A stretch of DNA of 55,027 bases, taken from IMG/VR virus record IMGVR_UViG_3300020045_002782, positions 1-55,027 of that record, one strand, 5' to 3'. Numbering within the stretch: the first letter of the stretch is position 1; each line of letters begins with the position of its first letter. The position numbers were made by a program, and so were the translations under genes. Under the pieces are notes generated by a model. That model ran no database searches, was not told where the DNA came from, and saw nothing but the letters and a program-made list of their open reading frames with translations. Below, in pieces: positions 48,036-55,027 of the stretch. The stretch is from a virus. Lineage: Duplodnaviria > Caudoviricetes.

Positions 48036-48271
48036 TGGAATGGGTTATTGCAGCTATAGTTATAGTAATTATTGGTCTTATAGTAGGACTTTTATTAAGT
48101 GGTCAAAAACCCCCACAAGTTCAAGATCAGGCATTAGATATACCAAGTACAGAGATAGGGGTACCCATAGGTGTATTATTCGGTACAAGGTTAATAAAAG
48201 ACCTTACAGTTGCTTGGTGGGGCGATCTATCCATAGTAAAGATTAAAGTAGACGCTAAAGGTAAAAAATAA
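48035..48271 (+). CDS. small tail assembly protein
   Basis: Hydrophobic N-terminus, G.PIGVLFGT, WWGD. Confidence 0.75.
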   Translation: MEWVIAAIVIVIIGLIVGLLLSGQKPPQVQDQALDIPSTEIGVPIGVLFGTRLIKDLTVAWWGDLSIVKIKVDAKGKK

Positions 48272-48495
48272 TGAGTATTCTTGAGAGAGTTCTATTAGAG
48301 GACAAGATTATCACTATCTCTGATGCTAGAGAAAAAGGCGGTTGTGTTACAGGATGGAAAGCTTTTGTAGAAGGGCATGGGTTTATATGGAGAGATGTTG
48401 TATTACAAGGTCTCTACGCTAGTCAATTACTTGCTTTAGATGATGCTATGGCGACTGAGCTTGTAGAATTTGTATACAATAAGGATTCAATATGA
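48271..48495 (+). CDS. small tail assembly protein
   Basis: C..G.KAF...HG..W.D....G..A..L...DD motif. Confidence 0.7.
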   Translation: MSILERVLLEDKIITISDAREKGGCVTGWKAFVEGHGFIWRDVVLQGLYASQLLALDDAMATELVEFVYNKDSI

Positions 48496-51281
48496 GTAAA
48501 GGTGGTGGTGCTCCTACAGTATCTACGTATTACGTAGGTATACATTTTATAGCTTGCCTTGGGCCTGTAGATAAAATAACAGAGATACTTGTAGACCAGA
48601 AGTCTGCATGGTCTGGCAATGTTACATCTAATACAACTATAGGAATAGATGCTCCTGAACTCTTTGGAGGAAATCTTCGAGAAGGGGGTGTAACTGGGCC
48701 TATAGATGTATTATTTGGTGAACAATCTCAAGTATTTAACCCATACTTACAGGCTAGGCTTCCAGAAACACCTGCATATATTGGTGTTTTCTCTATAGTA
48801 TTAAATCATGTCTATGTAGGGTTAAATTATTATTTAAAACCCTGGGCACTCCGTTTAACTAGAGTACATAAGCTTAAAAATGGTGCACCACAATGGCAAG
48901 ATTCCTATGCTGAAGTTGGGACAGATCTTATAAATGCAGTCCACGTAGTAAGAGAATGTTGTACAGATACTACATTCGGTCTAGGTCATGCTAGTAGTCT
49001 TATAGATGAAACAAAGTTTCTAGCTGCTGCACAGACATGTTATTCAGAAGGTCTTGGTTTTGCTTTCTATTGGAATAAAGAAAGCTCTATATCTGACTTC
49101 ATACAAGAAGTGCTTAAGCACATACAAGGTGCTTTCTACCTAAACCGTTCTACAGGTAAGTTTGAAATCTCTTTAATACGGCCAGTGGTTTCTACTGTAG
49201 GATTAGTACACCTAACAACTGCTAATACTAAAGAAGTCTTAGACTTTAAAAGAAAATCTATAGGCGATCTAGTAAGTCAAGTAACTGTTAAATACATAGA
49301 TAATGGTACAGATAAACCAGCGTCTGTAACAGTCACTGATGCAGCCTTGGCACAACGGCAAGGTAAGGTTATATCTAAAGTAATAGACTATGCAGGAGTA
49401 GCTACTAAAGATGTAGCTCAAAAACTTTCTACTAGAGATTTACAACAACTTAGTTATCCTATATATTCATGTAGTATAAAGTGTGATAGGACTGCTGAGA
49501 ACTTAAATCCTGGCGATCCTTTTCTGCTCACATGGCCTGATTACTTCGACGGGGAACTCCTTCTTCGCGTAGTTAGTATAAACCTTGGTACTGCAATAAA
49601 TAACGCTATTACTATAGAAGCTATTCAAGATAACTTTAGAGCAACAGATATAATATATGATTCTCCTCCTACAACAGGATGGGTTAGTCCTATACATGCA
49701 CCAGAAGCTGTAGCACTATCTGGTCTTGTAGAAACCCCATACTATGTAGTAGCAACAAATAAAGGTGATACCTTTGCACAAGGTGTAGCTACAACAGAGC
49801 AATTTATATCTGTCTTTGGAGCATCACCTACACCTGATAGTATTAGTGCAGCAATATGGTCTACTACTGGAACGACATTTGTTTCTAACGGTGTTATGGA
49901 TTTCTGTTTCTCTGCACTGCTAACAACATCTATAGATAGGTTAACTAATACAATCCCTTTTATATCTGAAAGAGACCTAGGTTTACTCACAGTAGGGAAG
50001 TTTATTCAAATAGATAATGAAATTATGGGGGTTGTAGCAATAGGAGTTAATTCACTTACTGTAACTCGCGGAGGTTTAGATACTTACCCTGACTCGCATA
50101 TAGCAAATGCTAGGATGTACGGCTGGGATGATTTCTCAAGTACAGATCAGGTAACATATCTTTTAACAGAAATACCTAAAGTTAAACTTCTTACAGCTAC
50201 ACCTAAAGGTATACTTCCGATAGCTTCAGCTCCACAAATGAGCTTAACTATAGCTGGTCGTATGCATAAAGCTTATCCCCCAGGCAATTTAAAGATAAAT
50301 ACAGTCTATTGGCCTACTAGTGTAGCATCTACAGCAGGGGTTGTCGCAACAAAGGCATTAATTAAAGCTAATGGTTCTAACGGTAGCACTGCTATAGTAG
50401 ATTCATCTACACTGTCTAAAACTGTTACAGTAAATGGTAATGCTCAAATAAGTACAGCTCAGAGTAAATTTGGAGGTTCTAGTGCTTTGTTTGACGGTAT
50501 TATCACATCATTCCTAGGTCTACCTAGTAGTGACTCTGACTTTAATCTAGGTACAGCAGACTTCACTATAGAGTGTTGGGTATATAAAACAGCTAATCTT
50601 GGTACAGGCTCTTTTACAAGAATATTTGCTAGTAATGCTACTGGCAGCCCTGGTATTGTTCTGCATGATGAAGATGGCGCTGGAAAATTACGTGTAAGCT
50701 TAAGCAGTAACGGAACAACTTTTAATATATTAGATAATGCTGGGTTAGTAGTTCTACCTTTAACTGCATGGACACATCTTGCAATTGTACGAGAAGGTAC
50801 AGCTTTCTCTATATTTATAAATGGGGTTAAAACTGCTTTAGCTTCTAGTGCTTCCGCTATATATTACAACGCAGCTGATGTGCCTGAAGTAGGTAAACGC
50901 TTTACAGGGCATATAGATGATTTTAGATTCACAAGGCTTGCTTTATACTCTGCAAACTTTGCACCACCTACAGCAGAGCTTGTACCAATATATAACGTAA
51001 GCACAACTCTGACATTAACATGGGCTTCAAGGAATAGGCTACAACAAACTGCAAGTGTTATAGATTATTATGCAGGAAACATAACCTCTGAAAGTGGTGT
51101 AACTTATTCAGGTAACTTAAAACGAGCAGATACTTCTGCTATTTTAACTAGCTTCTCTGGAGAAACTACATTGACAAGAGTTTTGTCTACTACATATATA
51201 GGACAAGTTATACTTGAAGTTTGGTCTGTTAATGCAAATGGAGCAGGTAATAAAGTGATACACACATTTAATATAGTTTAA
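48492..51281 (+). CDS. tail tip / host-specificity protein with inserted LamG domain
   Basis: PELFGG..REGGV.G, YLKPW, N..H..REC, IDNEIM, RG..DT, YPPGN, TW..RNR.QQ; LamG ~50350-50982. Confidence 0.85.
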   Translation: MSKGGGAPTVSTYYVGIHFIACLGPVDKITEILVDQKSAWSGNVTSNTTIGIDAPELFGGNLREGGVTGPIDVLFGEQSQVFNPYLQARLPETPAYIGVFSIVLNHVYVGLNYYLKPWALRLTRVHKLKNGAPQWQDSYAEVGTDLINAVHVVRECCTDTTFGLGHASSLIDETKFLAAAQTCYSEGLGFAFYWNKESSISDFIQEVLKHIQGAFYLNRSTGKFEISLIRPVVSTVGLVHLTTANTKEVLDFKRKSIGDLVSQVTVKYIDNGTDKPASVTVTDAALAQRQGKVISKVIDYAGVATKDVAQKLSTRDLQQLSYPIYSCSIKCDRTAENLNPGDPFLLTWPDYFDGELLLRVVSINLGTAINNAITIEAIQDNFRATDIIYDSPPTTGWVSPIHAPEAVALSGLVETPYYVVATNKGDTFAQGVATTEQFISVFGASPTPDSISAAIWSTTGTTFVSNGVMDFCFSALLTTSIDRLTNTIPFISERDLGLLTVGKFIQIDNEIMGVVAIGVNSLTVTRGGLDTYPDSHIANARMYGWDDFSSTDQVTYLLTEIPKVKLLTATPKGILPIASAPQMSLTIAGRMHKAYPPGNLKINTVYWPTSVASTAGVVATKALIKANGSNGSTAIVDSSTLSKTVTVNGNAQISTAQSKFGGSSALFDGIITSFLGLPSSDSDFNLGTADFTIECWVYKTANLGTGSFTRIFASNATGSPGIVLHDEDGAGKLRVSLSSNGTTFNILDNAGLVVLPLTAWTHLAIVREGTAFSIFINGVKTALASSASAIYYNAADVPEVGKRFTGHIDDFRFTRLALYSANFAPPTAELVPIYNVSTTLTLTWASRNRLQQTASVIDYYAGNITSESGVTYSGNLKRADTSAILTSFSGETTLTRVLSTTYIGQVILEVWSVNANGAGNKVIHTFNIV

Positions 51282-51514
51282 CTATGATATACATAACTAC
51301 ATTCTATAAGAAAGGTTGTAATATACCTGTAAAACAATTTGAACTCGAAGCAGATTCTTTACAAAATGCTAGACAAGTTATTATTTTTATGGTAGAATCA
51401 AATGATCCAGAGTTGAATGGAATTTCTTTCGATAGGTGGGAAGTTTGGTAAAACTTATTCAATATATGTCTATAGCTCTTATACTTTTCTACATCTACAC
51501 GGTATACCTATATT

Positions 51515-52099
51515 ATGACTTTAATTACGTTAGACCAACTGATACGAATAGTTCCAAACGCTAAGAGAATAAAGTTAGAACTATACTATCCATTTTTATT
51601 AGAAGCTCTGGAAGAGTATCATATAAATACTCTTCCAAGAATAGCTGCATTTTTAGCACAACTTGTTCATGAGAGTGGTAGCTTTAAATACATGGAAGAA
51701 CTTGCTTCTGGAAAAGCGTATGATAACCGTAAAGATTTAGGAAACCTAGAAAAAGAAGCTATTGAAGTAGCACATGCAAATCATAGTACTCCTGGTGTAT
51801 GGTTTAAAGGGCATGGGCCTATACAAATAACTGGTTATTATAACCATCTTAAATGTGGTAAAGCTCTTGGACTTGACCTTGTTAAGCATCCTAGACTTAT
51901 ATGTGAACCAGAGAATGCTTTTAGGTCATCTGGATGGTTTTGGGAATCACATAAATGTAATACATATGCAGATATTAAAGAGTTTAACAAAGTATCTAAG
52001 ATAATAAATTGTGGTAATGCTAACAGTAAAATTATACCAAATGGTAAAGCTGATAGAGATACAAATTATACTCTAGCTTGCTTGGTGCTACATGTTTAA
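51515..52099 (+). CDS. endolysin, glycoside hydrolase family 19
   Basis: AAFLAQLVHESG, FKGHGPIQITG..N, GWFW, KIIN. Confidence 0.9.
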   Translation: MTLITLDQLIRIVPNAKRIKLELYYPFLLEALEEYHINTLPRIAAFLAQLVHESGSFKYMEELASGKAYDNRKDLGNLEKEAIEVAHANHSTPGVWFKGHGPIQITGYYNHLKCGKALGLDLVKHPRLICEPENAFRSSGWFWESHKCNTYADIKEFNKVSKIINCGNANSKIIPNGKADRDTNYTLACLVLHV

Positions 52100-52326
52100 A
52101 AAATTCAAAAGAAGGCTATATACCACACTGGTATACCATGAATTTGGTATGTCTCTAAAAGATTGTATTAAGTATTTATGCTATGTTTAGTATACTACCT
52201 CCTATAAATCTTATATCATATCACTTACTATTTAATTATAAGAAAGCACATGATGAGTTTGCTTATGATAAATCTGAGGATAGGCAGTAACCTATTATTT
52301 TATTAACTTTATAAAGGTAACAATGT

Positions 52327-52650
52327 ATGGCATTTGAAATTGCGCAAGGTTTTAAAAGAACAGTAACTAATACTTATACTAAAGCTGATGGTACTCCTGG
52401 TGAATTGGATGGTATTCCGGTATGGTCAGTAATTCCTGAAGGTTTTGCAACTGTAGTTCCTGCTGCTGATGGTTTATCTGCTGATGTAATCTGGGCAGGT
52501 TCAGCAACTGGTGTTGTTGTTACAGCTACTGCTGATGGTGACTTAGGTACTGGTGTATTCCCAATTGCTATCTCGAATTCATTCGATTTAGTTGCTCCAT
52601 TGGGCGCAGTAGCTGGTTCTTCCACAGTATCTGACCAAGTAGCAGTATAA
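52327..52650 (+). CDS. small Ig-like beta protein
   Basis: AAGGT RBS; PVWSV..ATVVPAADGLSA..VVVTATADGDLG. Confidence 0.6.
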   Translation: MAFEIAQGFKRTVTNTYTKADGTPGELDGIPVWSVIPEGFATVVPAADGLSADVIWAGSATGVVVTATADGDLGTGVFPIAISNSFDLVAPLGAVAGSSTVSDQVAV

Positions 52651-52651
52651 C

Positions 52652-53008
52652 ATGGACGCTCCTGCATTCTTACAGGAGCTACAAACAGCTTTTGATTTTG
52701 AAGTTATTAGGATAAATGGGTATACTGAATTACTTAATGTACCTACTAGCTTAATATCTCAGGAGTCTTTAACTGAAGTTGTTGAAGCTATAAACTGGTC
52801 TAATACTAGACTTGCGTTGTTAGATCAAACTATTACAGCACTTCGTAATTTAATCTCTGATGGTTATCCTGAGAGAGTACAGCAAATTGCATCTGAAACT
52901 GTAGTAGCTCAACTGCAACAAACCTTGGAAAATATGCGTTTAGCTGTTGCAGAGTTCCAAGTACCTCCGACAGTTACTTCTATTGTGGGGCCGCAAGTAC
53001 AAGTATAA
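52652..53008 (+). CDS. hypothetical helical protein
   Basis: 118 aa, coupled to upstream gene; hairpin TACCTCCTT/AAGGAGGTA follows. Confidence 0.65.
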   Translation: MDAPAFLQELQTAFDFEVIRINGYTELLNVPTSLISQESLTEVVEAINWSNTRLALLDQTITALRNLISDGYPERVQQIASETVVAQLQQTLENMRLAVAEFQVPPTVTSIVGPQVQV

Positions 53009-53075
53009 TTTATGTACCTCCTTTGAAATATAAGGAGGTATTATGTATATATATTTATAGGATTTATATAAGAAT

Positions 53076-53279
53076 ATGTGTGAACATCTATGGGATCTTG
53101 AAGAAGAAATTAAGTGGGAAGAAACTTTTATAGAAAAGCAAGGTAAATATCTAGATATAAAGCATCAAGAACTTCTTGAACGTAGACTTCGATTAGAAGA
53201 ACTTTATGCGCGTAGAACATGGTTAGGTAAATTTTTATATTTTTGTAAACACCATGTCTTTAACGATAATTCCTATTAA
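53076..53279 (+). CDS. hypothetical protein
   Basis: 67 aa. Confidence 0.5.
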   Translation: MCEHLWDLEEEIKWEETFIEKQGKYLDIKHQELLERRLRLEELYARRTWLGKFLYFCKHHVFNDNSY

Positions 53280-53523
53280 TCCTGGAAGTTACCATATACG
53301 ATTATATAAAGATGATGCCGTATTAGATAATAAACCTCCGTACATATCACACAGTATTTTAGAAGCTATAGGTGATGGAGGAGCTGAATTAAAAGGGTTA
53401 TCTACTAAAGTCTCTAAAAAGGACTATAAAGAGACTTTAAAAGCTGCAAAATTTTTAGGTTTTACTTATGTCAAAGTAACTCGTATAAAAGGTAACATAG
53501 AGGTTGTTAAAATATATGACTGA
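53254..53523 (+). CDS. hypothetical protein
   Basis: 89 aa. Confidence 0.55.
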   Translation: MSLTIIPINPGSYHIRLYKDDAVLDNKPPYISHSILEAIGDGGAELKGLSTKVSKKDYKETLKAAKFLGFTYVKVTRIKGNIEVVKIYD

Positions 53524-54067
53524 TTACAGTAACGAAGATCATAACGGGATAGAAGGAGTGGAGAATATATCTTCTGAAAGGTACTATCGTAGGCAATCTG
53601 ATAAAATTGAAAATCTGACTAAAGAAGTTTATGGTCTTACTGCTAGAATGGCAGCATCCGAACGAAGTATAGAAACTCTATTTGATAAAAGCCAGAAACA
53701 TGAAATGTCTGTAGATAAAGAGCTACGTGATCTTAGTATAATGTTAACATCTTTAGATAAGACTATAACTGTATATATTGCTTCACAGAAAGCATCAGAT
53801 AAAACAGCCTTTAACATCCTTAAGGAAGGTTGGCCTATAATAACAGCAATTGTTATAGCAGCGTTTACAGTCTACCAAGTGCTTGATGCAAAATTTAGTG
53901 CAGTATCTAGTAACAAGCAAGCAGAGACATCGCTACCACCTACTTTAAAATACCGTCTTGAGGATTATCAAGATACTTTAGAAACACAAAGAGATGAAAT
54001 TGATAGACTAAACAGTCAATTAAAGAATCTTTTATCAAAGAAAGCTGTTAGAGCTATGAAACCATAG
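53516..54067 (+). CDS. coiled-coil single-TM membrane protein (lysis region)
   Basis: WPIITAIVIAAFTVYQVL TM between coiled coils. Confidence 0.6.
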   Translation: MTDYSNEDHNGIEGVENISSERYYRRQSDKIENLTKEVYGLTARMAASERSIETLFDKSQKHEMSVDKELRDLSIMLTSLDKTITVYIASQKASDKTAFNILKEGWPIITAIVIAAFTVYQVLDAKFSAVSSNKQAETSLPPTLKYRLEDYQDTLETQRDEIDRLNSQLKNLLSKKAVRAMKP

Positions 54068-54092
54068 ATTTATAACTTCACAGAGGATTATT

Positions 54093-54572
54093 ATGCAAGT
54101 ATTTATAATTATTTTTCTAGTAGGACTTTCTATAGGAGGTATTTCTGGCTATAAAATAACTGATGCTTTTAATAACGCAGCTATAGTTAAAGAAGTATCT
54201 TCTGCACTAGAGAACCAAAAGAAAGACCTTGAAGATACATATGCTATTGAAAAAGTAGCTATTTCTAAAGTCCACGAACAGGAACTAAAAGACAATGTTA
54301 TTATTAAAGAAGTCCCTAAGTATATCACCAAGATACAGAAAGCTGTTAAGTCTCCTTGTACTTACACAACTGGTACTGTCAGGTTGCTCAACAGTCATAT
54401 CGAAGAAAGAGTGCCCGAAGCCTCCACCATATCTACTACAGGAGATGCCACTCCCTCCGAAATTACAGAGTCTACCGGAATAAAGTACACACATGATGTA
54501 CTTAAACAGTACATGGAGTGGAGAACTCTACATAATGAGTTAATACATTGGTATGAGAAACAAGGGAAATAG
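54093..54572 (+). CDS. Rz: inner-membrane spanin
   Basis: N-terminal TM, VIIKEVPKYI, C...G.VRLLN, LIHW; hosts a nested lipoprotein gene. Confidence 0.8.
   Translation: MQVFIIIFLVGLSIGGISGYKITDAFNNAAIVKEVSSALENQKKDLEDTYAIEKVAISKVHEQELKDNVIIKEVPKYITKIQKAVKSPCTYTTGTVRLLNSHIEERVPEASTISTTGDATPSEITESTGIKYTHDVLKQYMEWRTLHNELIHWYEKQGK
54295..54483 (+). CDS. Rz1: outer-membrane lipoprotein spanin, embedded in +1 frame
   Basis: Lipobox LSGC, Pro-rich mature part CPKPPPYLL. Confidence 0.8.
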   Translation: MLLLKKSLSISPRYRKLLSLLVLTQLVLSGCSTVISKKECPKPPPYLLQEMPLPPKLQSLPE

Positions 54573-54574
54573 AT

Positions 54575-54849
54575 ATGCAAGCTTACTTAGTTACACTAGA
54601 ATTCATTTTATTAGGTTGCCTTGGTGCTATATACCATTGGTATGAGAAGAGGTTCTTACACCTCACTACAGAAACATCGCTATGGAGATACCTCTCCACA
54701 GAGAAGAAAGCAACTTATAAAGCAGCTAGATGGATGCTTGGAGTATGTTGTGGTTTAGCTTTTGTACACACTGAGGGATATATTCCAGAACTTGCAGAAC
54801 TAGTAGGTTGTCTAGGTGCTGGGTATGGCTTCGATAATGCTTTTAATAA
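54575..54849 (+). CDS. holin-like membrane protein; 3' end corrupted by a chimeric junction
   Basis: Three hydrophobic segments; true end probably FDNAFNKAIDEE-stop, as read on the minus strand at ~54933-54975. Confidence 0.6.
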
Positions 54850-55027
54850 CGCAGCTATAGTTAAAGAAGTATCTTCTGCACTAGAGAACCAAAAGAAAGA
54901 CCTTGAAGATACATATGCTATTGAAAAAGTAGCTATTCCTCATCTATAGCTTTATTAAAAGCATTATCGAAGCCATACCCAGCACCTAGACAACCTACTA
55001 GTTCTGCAAGTTCTGGAATATATCCCT
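54837..55027. repeat. 101-bp exact copy of 54163-54263 followed by a 76-bp inverted copy of 54774-54849
   Basis: Direct sequence comparison; microhomologies ATGCTTTTAATAA and GTAGCTATT at the junctions. Confidence 0.92.

Noticed and set aside
54163-54937. Diversity-generating retroelement TR/VR pair
   Set aside because: Copies are identical with no adenine-specific differences, and no reverse transcriptase is present
54774-55027. Hairpin telomere of an N15-like linear phage-plasmid
   Set aside because: The fold-back is interrupted by 101 bp copied from another gene, cuts through a coding region, and no protelomerase is visible
1-55027. Genome-wide stop-codon reassignment
   Set aside because: Long genes are intact in code 11 and TAG/TGA end genes at sensible boundaries; only one in-frame TAG case was seen
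1-55027. Integrase, repressor or att site indicating a prophage
   Set aside because: No recombinase or CI-like motifs and no host genes found in the window

Overview
AT-rich, gene-dense, probably partial genome of a long-tailed dsDNA phage of a Gram-negative host (Rz/Rz1 spanins; the NrdJb-like gene and the sigma54 and IHF motifs suggest a gamma-proteobacterium). Layout: (1) 1-17.7 kb replication/nucleotide module: tRNA-like RNA, SF1 helicase, PD-(D/E)xK nuclease-Sak4-SSB, a family A DNA polymerase split over two ORFs with an N-terminal UDG-like domain and a LAGLIDADG intein, dUTPase, ThyX-like protein, ATP-dependent ligase, orphan NrdJb, two DEDDh exonucleases; (2) 17.7-22.2 kb small orphan genes bracketed by motif-dense non-coding DNA with sigma54-type GG-N10-GC boxes, GTGACA-N5-TGTCAC palindromes and IHF boxes; (3) a plasmid-type Rep_3 initiator behind iteron-like repeats; (4) a minus-strand operon with a LamG + 16x22-aa repeat fibre; (5) lambda-like packaging/head genes with an HK97-type protease, and a siphovirus tail with repeated inserted domains; (6) lysis genes. 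The last ~190 bp look like a chimeric fold-back. The strongest candidates for new biology are the pilA-like sigma54/enhancer control region, the tRNA-mimic RNA, the Rep_3 origin, the split polymerase and the orphan NrdJb. All family calls come from motif recognition by eye; no searches were run.
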